DNA from: Hyalangium minutum
GTDB lineage: Bacteria > Myxococcota > Myxococcia > Myxococcales > Myxococcaceae
Direction: 5' to 3'
NCBI RefSeq assembly: GCF_000737315.1
Contig: NZ_JMCB01000003.1
Coordinates: 25,394-89,393, forward strand
DNA length: 64,000 nucleotides
The notes below the pieces were generated by a model, which searched no databases, was not told the origin of the DNA, and saw only the letters and a program-made list of their open reading frames with translations. Position numbers and translations under genes: made by a program. This document shows, piece by piece, positions 1-11,266 of the stretch. Position 1 is the stretch's first letter. Each line of letters opens with the position of its first letter.

Positions 1-807
1 CGCTGGCTCCAGAGCAACTTCATCTTCAATCCCGCCGAGTGTGTCTTCTACTCGGTGGCCCGGGAGATCACCGAGCAGAAGCAGCTGGAGAGCGAGCACC
101 GCCGCGTGGAGCAGCTGAAGGACGAGTTCGTTTCCACGGTGAGCCACGAGCTGCGCACGCCGTTGACGTCCATCCGCGGGGCGCTGGGGCTGCTGAAGGG
201 CGGCATCGCGGGTCCACTGCCCGCGGAGGCCGAGGAGCTCATCTGGATCGCCCAGGACAACAGCGATCGGCTGCTGCGCCTCATCAACGACATCCTGGAT
301 CTGGAGGGGCTGGAGACGGGCCAGCTCTCCTTCAAGCGGGAGCCGCTGCCCTTGGGCGAGCTGGTCACCCAGGCCGTCGTCGCGCAGCGGGGCTACGCGG
401 CGCAGTACGGCGTGAAGCTGGTGGTGGCACTGGACTCCGAGGCGCGGGCCTTGGTGGATGCGGACCGCTTCCTCCAGGTCATGGCCAACCTGTTGTCCAA
501 CGCCATCAAGTTCTCTCCCCAGGGCGAGACGGTGCAGGTCCGCCTGGCGCGGCTGCCGGGCGGCCTGCGCGTCAGCGTGGAGGATCACGGGCCGGGCATC
601 CCCGAGTCCTTCCGCTCGCGCATCTTCCATAAGTTCGCCCAGGCGGACGGCTCGGACACCCGCCGCAAGGGGGGCACGGGGCTGGGGCTGTCCATCACCC
701 AGGCGCTCGTGGCGCGGATGGAGGGCACCCTGAGCTTCGTCTCCGAGGAAGGGGAGGGCAGCACCTTCTTCGTGGTGCTGCCCGAGTGGACGCCGCCGGA
801 GCCTTGA
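1..807 (+). CDS. Sensor histidine kinase, C-terminal part (HisKA + HATPase_c); the 5' end lies outside the window
   Basis: The frame is open from nt 1. An H-box 'VSHELRTPLTSIRGAL' is present, and a HATPase motif is present ('HGPGIPE...GGTGLGLSI'). Confidence 0.85.
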   Translation, partial: RWLQSNFIFNPAECVFYSVAREITEQKQLESEHRRVEQLKDEFVSTVSHELRTPLTSIRGALGLLKGGIAGPLPAEAEELIWIAQDNSDRLLRLINDILDLEGLETGQLSFKREPLPLGELVTQAVVAQRGYAAQYGVKLVVALDSEARALVDADRFLQVMANLLSNAIKFSPQGETVQVRLARLPGGLRVSVEDHGPGIPESFRSRIFHKFAQADGSDTRRKGGTGLGLSITQALVARMEGTLSFVSEEGEGSTFFVVLPEWTPPEP

Positions 808-813
808 GTGTGG

Positions 814-1380
814 CTACGGGCCTCGCACCGCGCTCCAGAGCGACACCGCGCCGAACAGGAAGAAGAGCGAGGCGGCGACCCACCGCAGCCACTTCATCTG
901 CACCTTGCCCGCGAGCTTGTCGCCCAGGAACACCGCCAGCCCGTCCGAGAAGAGCATCCCCAGCGTCGTGCCCGCCGTCACCAGGAGCACGGACTGGTAG
1001 CGCGCGGCCAAGGCCACGGTGGCCAGCTGCGTCTTGTCTCCCATCTCCGCCAGGAAGAAGAGGATCGCCGTGGTGAGGAAGGCGCCAAAGCGCGGCGGCT
1101 TCTCGGATTCCTCGAGCGTGTCCGGCTTGAGCGTCCACAGCCCGAAGCCGATGAAGGTGGCCGCCAGCACCGCCGCCATGATCCGCGGGGAGACGTGCGA
1201 GGACACCCACGTGCCCACGCTGGAGGCCAGCGCGTGGTTGGCCAGGGTGGCCGCGAGGATTCCGGCCATCACCACCCACGGCTTGCGGAACCGGGAGGCC
1301 AGCGAGAACGCGAGCAGCTGGGTTTTGTCGCCCATCTCACTGGCGGCGACGAGGAGGAAAGAACTCACCACGGCTTCCAT
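814..1380 (-). CDS. GDT1/UPF0016 family membrane protein (TMEM165-like cation/H+ exchanger)
   Basis: Two 'E-M-G-D-K-T-Q-L' motifs sit in a hydrophobic protein. The start is placed at the internal ATG (complement 1378-1380), because the upstream extension is R/P-rich. Confidence 0.75.
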   Translation of the reverse strand: MEAVVSSFLLVAASEMGDKTQLLAFSLASRFRKPWVVMAGILAATLANHALASSVGTWVSSHVSPRIMAAVLAATFIGFGLWTLKPDTLEESEKPPRFGAFLTTAILFFLAEMGDKTQLATVALAARYQSVLLVTAGTTLGMLFSDGLAVFLGDKLAGKVQMKWLRWVAASLFFLFGAVSLWSAVRGP

Positions 1381-1613
1381 CACGACACTCCCTTGTCGAG
1401 GCCGAGGTGTCGTGGGAGCACTGCGCGCGCACGAGCCTCGGCCAGGTTTCCCTGTCCGAAGGTCTCGTTCGCCTCGCACAGCGAGGTGAGGGCCCGGGCT
1501 GTTACCAGCCAGTGTGTCGAGCTCCCCGGCGCCGATGGTTTCCGGCGCGAACTACTCCCCTTACTGGAGTGCTGGATACCAGCCTCCGTGCCGCCTGCCA
1601 ACAGGCAATGCGG

Positions 1614-2105
1614 CTAGCGCTTGCGCGAGAACCAGCCCATGAGGCTCTCGAGCTCCCGCTTGTCCACGTCGTCGAACGTGGCCTTGTGCTCGGAGTCGAT
1701 GTCCAGCACCGCCATCAGCTCGCGGTTGGGCCCGAACACCGGCACAACGATCTCCGACACCGAGCGCCCATCGCAGGTGATGTGGCCCGGGAAGGCGTGT
1801 ACGTCCGGTACCACCACCGTCTCGCGCGTGGCCGCCGAGGCGCCACACACGCCCTTGCCGAAGGTGATCTCCAGGCACCCCAGCGTGCCCTGGTAGGGGC
1901 CGACGCGCAGCAGCTTGCCCGGCTGGACCACCCGGTAGAACCCGGTCCACAGGTGACCGAACGCGTGGTGCAGCAGGCAGCTCATCGTCGCCATGGCGGT
2001 GATGTCGTCGTCAACGCCCTCCAGCACCGCCTCCACGTGCTGCTTGAGCTCCGCATACGCTTCCGCCTTCGGCCGGTCGCGCAGATCCAGGGTGACTTCA
2101 GCCAT
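1614..2105 (-). CDS. Free methionine-(R)-sulfoxide reductase (GAF-domain protein of the fRMsr/YebR type)
   Basis: Strong similarity to fRMsr, including 'GKGVCG' and the catalytic-Cys region 'GHITCD...SEIVVPV'. Confidence 0.8.
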   Translation of the reverse strand: MAEVTLDLRDRPKAEAYAELKQHVEAVLEGVDDDITAMATMSCLLHHAFGHLWTGFYRVVQPGKLLRVGPYQGTLGCLEITFGKGVCGASAATRETVVVPDVHAFPGHITCDGRSVSEIVVPVFGPNRELMAVLDIDSEHKATFDDVDKRELESLMGWFSRKR

Positions 2106-2250
2106 CGGTGAGTCCTCAAGAGATGGATGCCGGCCGCGTCACCGCGCCAGCGGGCCCCTTTTACATGGAATCGCACCCCGCGCGAGAGGAGGCACGCAGG
2201 ACCCAGGGGAGGGACACTCCCCGGGTGGGCTGCACGCTTGCCATGCCGCG

Positions 2251-3342
2251 TCAACCCGTGGCGTTCGCGGGGGGAGCCGCCGTGGGCTCGGACTTCTGGG
2301 AAGGCTCGGCCTTCGGGGCTGCGGCGGCCTTCTCCGAGGCGGAGGCCTTCTCCGGCTTGGACAGCATCCCGTAGCGCTTCGCTGCGGACTCCAGGATGCG
2401 CCCCACGAGTTGGAGGTAGGACATGCCCTTCTCCCGGGCGCCCATGGCCAGCTCGCTCTTGTCCTCCAGGTAGGGGTTCGGGTTCACCTCGAGGACGTAG
2501 GGGTCCCCCTCCTTCGAGATGCGGAGGTCGATGCGCGCGTAGTCCTGGAGCTTGAGCCCCCGGTAGGCGAGCAGCGCCGCCCGCTCCACCCGCTGGCGCA
2601 GCTCCGGCGAGATGTTCTGGGCGATGACGAGCTTGGGCGAGCCCTCCGTCTCCGGGCCGAACTTCACCTCCCGGTCCGAGATGGTGGGCTTGTTCTTGTC
2701 CCAGTTGCCGAAGTCCAGCTCCACGATGGGGAGGATCTCCGGCATCTCCTTGGGGCCAATCACCCCCACATACACTTCGCGCCCCTCGATGAACTCCTCC
2801 GCGAGCGCCTCGTCCTGCAGCTCCTTGCGGATCTCCTGCACCCGGCGCGTCAGGTCCTCCCAGTTGTGCACCAGCGACTTCTTGCCGATGCCAATGGAGG
2901 CGTCGCTCCGGGAGGGCTTCACGATGAGCGGGAACTCCAAGTCTCCGTGGGTCTCCACGGTGACGCCGTCGAAGGTGGCGAAGTCCGCGGTGGGGATCTC
3001 GTGGTACTCGAGCAGCTGCTTGGTGAGGATCTTGTCCTGCGCCAGCAGCAGCCCCGCCGTCCCCGAGCCGGTGAACTTCACCCGCGCCATCTCCATCAGC
3101 GCCGCGACGTTCACCTCCATCCGGTAGTCCTCGGCGAACGTCTCGCAGAGGTTGAACACCAGGTCGCACTTCGACCGGGCGATCGATTGGAGGATGTCCG
3201 ACACGCCGTCGCTCACGGCGATCAGCGAGGCCTCATGGCCCAGCTGCCGCAGCGACTCGGCCACCTGGGTCACGACGGGGTCCACGGGCTCCCCGTCCGG
3301 CTGGTAGTGAAGCACGGCGATCTTCAAGGGCGGAACGGGCAT
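2251..3342 (-). CDS. ATP-grasp ligase, D-Ala-D-Ala ligase family
   Basis: N-terminal Rossmann-like region 'KIAVLHY', ATP-grasp core 'PLIVKPSRSDASIGI', and 'EEFIEGREVYVGVIG...VLEVNPNP'. The C-terminal tail is low complexity. Confidence 0.8.
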   Translation of the reverse strand: MPVPPLKIAVLHYQPDGEPVDPVVTQVAESLRQLGHEASLIAVSDGVSDILQSIARSKCDLVFNLCETFAEDYRMEVNVAALMEMARVKFTGSGTAGLLLAQDKILTKQLLEYHEIPTADFATFDGVTVETHGDLEFPLIVKPSRSDASIGIGKKSLVHNWEDLTRRVQEIRKELQDEALAEEFIEGREVYVGVIGPKEMPEILPIVELDFGNWDKNKPTISDREVKFGPETEGSPKLVIAQNISPELRQRVERAALLAYRGLKLQDYARIDLRISKEGDPYVLEVNPNPYLEDKSELAMGAREKGMSYLQLVGRILESAAKRYGMLSKPEKASASEKAAAAPKAEPSQKSEPTAAPPANATG

Positions 3343-3420
3343 GGCCCTTCAAGTGTAAGGCGTCACCGCGCGCCGTGCACCCAGGCACGCGAACGGCTCC
3401 GTACTTTTGCCCGGCGGTGA

Positions 3421-4488
3421 TCAGTCCACCTCGAAGAAGCGGTCCGTGTAGAGGTAGTTCATCGCCAGCGCTGTCGCCAGCGAGGTGAGCTTGGTGAGGT
3501 ACTCGCGCGTCTTGTCCAGGTGGATGCTCAGCCGCAGCGCCGTGGTGCGCTCGATGAGGTGCTCCACCAGCGCCAGCACCACCGGACGGCCCACGCCGCT
3601 GTACTGGGTGACCGCCTGGATGAGCGACTGGCGCTCGGCACGCACGAGCGTCTCCGCGCTGGCCGGCGCCGTGTCGGGCGGCTCGAACAGGCCGAGCAGA
3701 TCCTGATCCAGGTGCTCGCGCAGCGACAGCTCCACGCGCTCCTCGAGCTGGCGCTGGCGGTAGTGATCGAGGACCGTCTCCTCCATGTCCTCCACGTCCA
3801 GATCACGCTCGGCCAGCTGCACCAGCGGCGAGGTGCGTCCCACGCGCTGAATGACCTTCTCCATGTACTCGAGCTTCTTGAGCGCGGCCCAGCCCGCGTA
3901 TCGCTTGCGCCAGTCCAGGCCGGGCGTCAGGAAGACCGCGAACGTCTCGGCGAAGTCCTCGTCCGGATGCTTCTGCGCGTACCAGCCGGAGATGTGCACC
4001 ACGTACTTCCGGCTGAACGGGCGCGGCTTGTACGTCTCGTCGTAGGGCTTGGAGTAGTCCCCGAAAATCTTCCGCCACTCGTCCGTGTCGTAGAGGCGAT
4101 AGGCGTAGTTGAAGGCGTGCCCGGCCTCGTGGCGCAGGTACATGAGGATCTCGCGCTCCGTCTCCGCGTCGCCGCTCAGCTCCGCCTCGATGGAGTGCAG
4201 GCGAGGGTCCGCCAGGTAGAACGGCAGCCCGATGACAGGCACGCCGGACGGGCAGCCCCACTGATCCGACAGGTAGCACTCCGGCCGGAACGAGATGGCC
4301 TTGCTCTCCAGCTCGCTGTAGAGCTGCTGGATGTAGCGCTCGAGGGCCGTGCCCTTCAGGTGGAGCCTCAGGTCCTTGATGCGGGCCTGGAGCAGTGCCT
4401 CGCGCTCGGGACGGCGCGGGGAGTCGGCCGCCTCGTGCGGGTCGGCCAGGGTCTTTTCTCGGAAGGTGATCTGGGAAGGTTGGAGCAT
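3421..4488 (-). CDS. Putative zinc-binding HExxH metallopeptidase family protein
   Basis: 'HEAGHAF' (HExxH) is followed by 'DEDFAETFAVF'. It lies immediately downstream of the ATP-grasp gene on the same strand. Confidence 0.7.
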   Translation of the reverse strand: MLQPSQITFREKTLADPHEAADSPRRPEREALLQARIKDLRLHLKGTALERYIQQLYSELESKAISFRPECYLSDQWGCPSGVPVIGLPFYLADPRLHSIEAELSGDAETEREILMYLRHEAGHAFNYAYRLYDTDEWRKIFGDYSKPYDETYKPRPFSRKYVVHISGWYAQKHPDEDFAETFAVFLTPGLDWRKRYAGWAALKKLEYMEKVIQRVGRTSPLVQLAERDLDVEDMEETVLDHYRQRQLEERVELSLREHLDQDLLGLFEPPDTAPASAETLVRAERQSLIQAVTQYSGVGRPVVLALVEHLIERTTALRLSIHLDKTREYLTKLTSLATALAMNYLYTDRFFEVD

Positions 4489-4655
4489 CGGGTCCCCAAG
4501 GGGCCCCGAAGTCTAATGGCGAGCCCTGGGGGGTAAATTGGCTTGCCCCCAGCTACATGCAAAGGGTTGAAAAGACTGAATAATATGGGCACAAACCAGC
4601 TTGCCGGGCCGGTGGGAGACCGGCCCAGCGAGGGGTGCCCAGGTAGGCAGGAGGG

Positions 4656-6368
<1,713 letters not shown>

Positions 6369-6490
6369 TGGCCGCGGAGTATAGGCAAGCCGTGGCTAGG
6401 GTCCCAAGGGGGTAGAGCGGCGGTTGGGGGGCAAGCAGGCAATCATCCTGTTCCCGGCGGCGCTCCGGGCTGTTACATCCCCCAGCCGCC

Positions 6491-8464
6491 ATGAGCCTCC
6501 TCATCGCCCAGGATGTCTGCCTCTCCTACGGGAAGAAGGTCCTCTTCGACGACGCCAGCTTCACGATCGGCCCCCGGGATCGGGTAGGCCTGGTGGGAGC
6601 GAACGGGACGGGCAAGAGCTCGTTGATGAAGATCATCGCGGGCGCGCAGCACGCGGACTCGGGAACGCTGACGTTCGCCCGAGGGACGCGCATCGGCTAC
6701 CTGCCGCAGGAACTGGCGGGGCTTCCCTCCGGGACGGTGGTGGAGGCGGTGCTGAGCACCGTGCCGGGCCGCGACTCGCTGGAGGCCCGGCTGAAGAGCA
6801 CCGAGAAGGCGCTCGCTGAGGCCCCGGACGAGGAGACCCAGCTGGAGCTGTCCCAGGAACTGGCGGACCTGCACGCGGAGCTGGATCACTTCGAGGACCA
6901 CTACGGCCGGCACCACGCCGAGCGGATCCTCAAGGGCCTGGGCTTCCGGGACGCGGACTTGGCCAAGCCCACGGGGGCGCTGTCGGGCGGGTGGCGGATG
7001 CGCGCGGCGCTGGCGGGGTTGCTGCTCCAGGATCCGGACCTGCTGCTGCTGGACGAGCCCACCAACCACCTGGATGTGCCCACGCTGACGTGGTTCGACG
7101 GCTTCCTGAAGCGGTCGAACAAGGCGCTGATCCTCATTTCGCACGATCGGGACTTCCTGAATCGGCAGGTGGGGAGGGTGCTGGCGCTGGAGATCGAGGG
7201 CCTGCGCACGTACGTGGGCAACTACGACGCCTACAAGCGCCAGCGGGCCGAGGAGATGGAGCTGCTGCGGGCTCGGGCGGCGAAGGTGGAGGCTCGGCGG
7301 GCGGAGCTGCAGGCGTTCATCGATCGGTTCGGCGCGAAGGCGAGCAAGGCCACGCAGGCGCAGAGCCGCGCGAAGATGCTGGCGAAGCTGGAGGAGGTGC
7401 ACCTGCTGGAGGAGCGCGACACGGTGCACTTCCGGTTCCCGGAGGTGGAGCGCTCGGGGCGGGACGTGGCGATGCTGGAGGGGATCCAGAAGAGCTACGG
7501 CAGCCACGTGGTGTACTCGGGGCTGGACGCGCGGGTGGAGCGGGGGCAGCGGATCGCGGTGATTGGCGCGAACGGCGCCGGTAAGACGACGCTGCTGAAG
7601 ATCATGGCGGGGGAGCTGGTGCCGGACGGGGGCCAGGTGAAGCTGGGACACAACGTGGTGATGGGGTACTACGCGCAGCACCACGCGGACACGCTGGACA
7701 AGCGGAACACCATCATTGAAGAGGTGCGGCCGCTGGCGGCGGACAAGCCGGAGAGCTTCGTGCGCGGGGTCCTGGGAGCGTTCCTGTTCTCGGGCGATGA
7801 CGTGGACAAGCCGATTGGCGTGCTGTCCGGAGGCGAGCGGGCGCGCGTGGCGCTGGCGAAGCTGTTGCTGCGGCCGTCGAACTTCCTGCTGATGGACGAG
7901 CCGACGAACCACCTGGACCTGGACTCGACGGAGATGCTGATCGATGCGCTGTCGAAGTACGGGGGGACGCTGGTGTTCGTGTCGCACAACCGGGCGTTCG
8001 TGAACCGGCTGGCGAGCCAGGTGTGGGACGTGGTGGAGGGGAAGGTGGTGCCGCACACGGGGAACCTGGACGAGTACCTGTACCACCAGGAGCAGGTGCG
8101 GCTGGCGGCGGAGGCTGCGGCGGAGGCCGGGGAGAAGGGGAAGGGGACGGAGAAGGCGGCTCCGGTGGCGCTGACGGAGAAGGACCGCAAGCGGATGGAG
8201 GCGGAGGCGCGCCAGCGCCGGAGCGTGGTGGAGGGGCCGATCAAGAAGGAGATCGCCCGGATCGAGGAGCGGATCTCGAAGCTGGAGGCGGAGCAGAAGG
8301 AGCGCGAGGCGCAGCTGGCGGATCCGGCGCTCTACAACGACTTCGCGCGGGCCAAGCCGCTGATGGACACCCACCGGGCGGGCAAGGAGGCGCTGGAGAC
8401 GCTCTATATGGAGTGGGAGGTGGCGCAGGAGAAGCTGGCCGCGGCCTCCGCGTCCCTGGGATGA
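6491..8464 (+). CDS. ABC-F family ATPase (two ABC domains plus a C-terminal coiled coil; Uup/EttA-like)
   Basis: Two Walker A motifs ('GANGTGKSS', 'GANGAGKTT'), two 'LSGG' signature motifs, and a charged coiled-coil tail. Confidence 0.9.
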   Translation: MSLLIAQDVCLSYGKKVLFDDASFTIGPRDRVGLVGANGTGKSSLMKIIAGAQHADSGTLTFARGTRIGYLPQELAGLPSGTVVEAVLSTVPGRDSLEARLKSTEKALAEAPDEETQLELSQELADLHAELDHFEDHYGRHHAERILKGLGFRDADLAKPTGALSGGWRMRAALAGLLLQDPDLLLLDEPTNHLDVPTLTWFDGFLKRSNKALILISHDRDFLNRQVGRVLALEIEGLRTYVGNYDAYKRQRAEEMELLRARAAKVEARRAELQAFIDRFGAKASKATQAQSRAKMLAKLEEVHLLEERDTVHFRFPEVERSGRDVAMLEGIQKSYGSHVVYSGLDARVERGQRIAVIGANGAGKTTLLKIMAGELVPDGGQVKLGHNVVMGYYAQHHADTLDKRNTIIEEVRPLAADKPESFVRGVLGAFLFSGDDVDKPIGVLSGGERARVALAKLLLRPSNFLLMDEPTNHLDLDSTEMLIDALSKYGGTLVFVSHNRAFVNRLASQVWDVVEGKVVPHTGNLDEYLYHQEQVRLAAEAAAEAGEKGKGTEKAAPVALTEKDRKRMEAEARQRRSVVEGPIKKEIARIEERISKLEAEQKEREAQLADPALYNDFARAKPLMDTHRAGKEALETLYMEWEVAQEKLAAASASLG

Positions 8465-8485
8465 AGTGCTGACAGGCCCGCGCCC

Positions 8486-8968
8486 ATGAGCCTTCCTCCC
8501 GCAGCCGTCCCCGTCTCTGTCTCCAAGCGGATGGCCGTCGAGTTCATTGGGACGGCGCTGCTGCTGGCGACGATCGTGGGGTCCCGCCTCGTGGGGGAGC
8601 GGCTCTCGGGCGGCATGGTGGGCATCACGTACCTGGTGAACACCCTGGCGACCGCCTCGGTGATCGGCATGCCCGTCTTCTCCTGGCCCAACCCACCGAG
8701 AGCCACGCTCACGGAGATCACCGGTGAACTCCTGGAACGGCATGCCGTCGTTCCGCTCCCAGAGGCGCTGGACGATGCCGATCTGTTCATCACGCTGGGC
8801 TCTGCGCGCGACTGGCAGGCGCTGGTTGACGTCGTCCATGTCCATTGGGAGCTCCCGGCGTTGGCGGGGCTTGAGTCGGCGCGGTCTCATCAGGTGGTGG
8901 AGGAAGTCCGGGTGCGCGTGAAGCAGTTGCTGAGGGAGCTGGGGGTGGAGCGGCTGCGCGGCGTATAG
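8486..8968 (+). pseudogene. Possible remnant of an aquaglyceroporin-ArsC fusion gene (MIP-like N-terminal fragment plus LMW-PTP ArsC-like C-terminal fragment)
   Basis: 'AVEFIGTALLLATIVGS' resembles the first MIP-channel helix. 'DDADLFITLGSARD...HVHWELP' resembles the C-terminus of LMW-PTP arsenate reductase. Both intervening domains are missing. Confidence 0.3.
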
Positions 8969-9039
8969 AGGCGTACACGCAGTCCGCGAACGGGGGTGGC
9001 CCCATTGAGCGAGCCGCCAATCGGTGCGATAGCAAGCGG

Positions 9040-9720
9040 ATGCTCTCGCACTTCGAGATGTTGGGACGGATCGCGGCGGGTGCGCTCCTGGGAGGCGCCA
9101 TCGGGTATGAGCGGGACCGGCATCGGCGGCCGGTAGGGCTGCGCACGCACCTGCTCGTGTCGATGACCTCGGCGACCTTCATGGTCGTCTCCTCCCAGTT
9201 CGCTTATTTCCAGGGCTTCGAGCCTGGAGGCGGGGTGGAGGTTGACGCGTCCCGCATCGCGGCCTCGGTGGTGTCGGGCATCGGCTTCCTGGCGGGAGGT
9301 GCCATCCTGCGCACGGGGGCGACGGTGCAGGGGCTGACCACGGCTGCGGGATTGTGGCTGGTGACGGCGATCGGGCTGTCGGCGGGCTCGGGGATGTACT
9401 GGGAGGCCAGCTTCGTGACGGTGCTGGGGCTGATCGCGCTCACGTTCCTTCGCCGCTTCGAGGACAAGGACGATGCCCTGGTGCGGCGTCGGCTTGCCCT
9501 GGTGGTCTCGCCAGGGACGGGGATCCATCAAGTCACGGCGCTACTTCAGGGCCTCGATGTGCGCGTGTTGGACATCGAGTACGAGCGCCATTTCTCGGGG
9601 GAGCGGCACACCACGGTGACTCTGGACGCGCAGATTCCGGCCTCGGTCACACCGGACAAGCTGGTCGAGGGGCTGGAGCAGGCCGAGGGCATCATCTCCA
9701 TTCATGTCCGCGGTGCGTGA
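9040..9720 (+). CDS. MgtC/SapB family membrane protein
   Basis: 'GALLGGAIGYERDRHRRPVGLRTH' and 'TTAAGLWLVTAIGLSAG' are typical of MgtC. The C-terminal domain resembles an ACT-like fold. Confidence 0.85.
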   Translation: MLSHFEMLGRIAAGALLGGAIGYERDRHRRPVGLRTHLLVSMTSATFMVVSSQFAYFQGFEPGGGVEVDASRIAASVVSGIGFLAGGAILRTGATVQGLTTAAGLWLVTAIGLSAGSGMYWEASFVTVLGLIALTFLRRFEDKDDALVRRRLALVVSPGTGIHQVTALLQGLDVRVLDIEYERHFSGERHTTVTLDAQIPASVTPDKLVEGLEQAEGIISIHVRGA

Positions 9721-9756
9721 CGGACAGGCTCACAAGTCCCCGGATAGCAGCCTCAC

Positions 9757-10515
9757 TCAGCCCGGAGTCACGCGCCCGCCAATCTCCGGGAAGCGCTCAT
9801 ACGCGCGCAAGAGCGCCTCCAGGTGCGCGGGGTTGTCGAGGTCGAGCGGCGTCTCCGTAAGCCGAACGACCCACCCGCCCGTTGCAGTGCGCCGCGCCCG
9901 AGAGAGCAAATCCGCATCGCGGGCAGGGTCGGGGAACCCGATGGCTTGTGCAGCGGCTGCCGACCAGTAGTTCAGCCACCCGAGGTGATGAGGAATCGCT
10001 GGCAAGCGAATGTGCTGGGGGAGGTTGAGCGCTGGGAGCCTCCGGGGCGGGACATGCGGCTGATCCATCGAGTGGCGAATTTGTTTCGCCATCTCCGGCG
10101 CCACGCCGTCCGGCAACATGCGCCCCCAGAACGCGCGTGCGCCTTCCGCCACGCCTTCCAGCACATCCGCCGCCGCTGCGATGCTGGCCGCATCCAGCGG
10201 CAGCTCTGCGTGGACTTCAAATTGGGACTGGCCGCCCGCGCTGAGGCGCGCAGGTCTTCCCCACCCCGTCACCGTCACGGGGTAGCTCTCGTCGCCGTTG
10301 CACAGCAGAGGGAGCTTCCCGCGCGCGCTCGCCTCAGCGAGCCACCCATCGCGTTGCGGCAACGCGATGGGTCGCCCCGCCTTTGACAGCTCCCATTCCA
10401 AGCGCACACCGGGGAGCGCCCGTTCGATTCCGTGGACGACTGCGAGCGTGCGACCGTCGTCGCCCACAAGCGCAGGCGCGTAGACGATGAGGATCAGGGT
10501 TCTCTGCTGGGTCAT
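9757..10515 (-). CDS. Hypothetical protein; candidate immunity protein for the upstream lipoprotein
   Basis: A coding-like ORF whose start overlaps the stop of the upstream gene in an ATGA arrangement. No motif was recognised. Confidence 0.55.
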   Translation of the reverse strand: MTQQRTLILIVYAPALVGDDGRTLAVVHGIERALPGVRLEWELSKAGRPIALPQRDGWLAEASARGKLPLLCNGDESYPVTVTGWGRPARLSAGGQSQFEVHAELPLDAASIAAAADVLEGVAEGARAFWGRMLPDGVAPEMAKQIRHSMDQPHVPPRRLPALNLPQHIRLPAIPHHLGWLNYWSAAAAQAIGFPDPARDADLLSRARRTATGGWVVRLTETPLDLDNPAHLEALLRAYERFPEIGGRVTPG

Positions 10516-11225
10516 CGCTTGCACCCCGTGACGACAATGTTGAGGGTGAAATCCCGCTCGAGCAACGCGTTCTTGTGCTCTTGGGTGCTCACCCCAACGA
10601 CAAAGCCATAGCCACATGCCTCCGCTTTGTCTCGCTCTTCCTGCAACAACGGCACTTGCTCCAGAATCGTCTGCCGCCGGATGAAGGCGTTGTACGTGTC
10701 AAATCGATGGGTCTTGATCTCCCACAGCACACGCACGCCGACTTGCAGCGCATCAAAGCGCTTGCCGTCAACGAGTACGTCATTGCCGGGGTAGCGGTTC
10801 GGCGGGAACTGATCGGCGCACTGGTTATGCGGGTCATCTTCGCCCGCGTGCGGCACTGGGATGGGCTCGCACTCTGGGCGGCGGCGCTCCGCCGTCACCG
10901 GGGCAGGCGGGTCCCTCCTGTTCGCACTGGACCTCTTTGGTGTGGCGTTCGCCTCCGGTTCCTGCGAGGCCCGAGGCGCGTCTCCGGCCCAAAGTCCCGG
11001 CTCCCGGGTGGGCGGCAACACGCGTTTGTGCGGGCTCGGTGGCAGGGGCTGGGGGCGAACCTGCCCTGGCTGCCCGGGGGTGGGCAGGCCCGTGCCGGGC
11101 ACGGCGGGTGGGCGCACAGGCGCCCAAGCGTAGGTCTCAGGCGCCTCTTGAGAGGTGGCGCACCCAGCGACGACGACGGCAACGGCAATGGCTTGGCGGA
11201 GTGGGCTGCAAGTTCGGAAGCTCAT
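10512..11225 (-). CDS. Lipoprotein with a C-terminal PD-(D/E)xK-like (restriction-endonuclease-fold) domain; putative polymorphic toxin
   Basis: Signal peptide plus lipobox 'AVAVVVAGC', a Pro-rich linker, then 'GKRFDALQVGVRVLWEIKT', which fits a D...E-x-K nuclease motif. Confidence 0.6.
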   Translation of the reverse strand: MSFRTCSPLRQAIAVAVVVAGCATSQEAPETYAWAPVRPPAVPGTGLPTPGQPGQVRPQPLPPSPHKRVLPPTREPGLWAGDAPRASQEPEANATPKRSSANRRDPPAPVTAERRRPECEPIPVPHAGEDDPHNQCADQFPPNRYPGNDVLVDGKRFDALQVGVRVLWEIKTHRFDTYNAFIRRQTILEQVPLLQEERDKAEACGYGFVVGVSTQEHKNALLERDFTLNIVVTGCKR

Positions 11226-11266
11226 TCCACGTTCTTTTATCGAAGAGGGGCGGTGCGGGAACGAGG

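Noticed and set aside
1982-3420. Long ORFs 1982-3169(-) and 1993-3420(+) overlapping the ATP-grasp gene
   Set aside because: Their products are R/G/P/A-rich with no motifs. They are alternate-frame or antisense artefacts of high GC. The 2251-3342 frame carries clear ATP-grasp motifs.
6473-8890. 805-aa ORF antisense to the ABC-F gene
   Set aside because: Composition is extremely R/L/Q/P-biased. The sense strand carries unmistakable Walker A/B and signature motifs.
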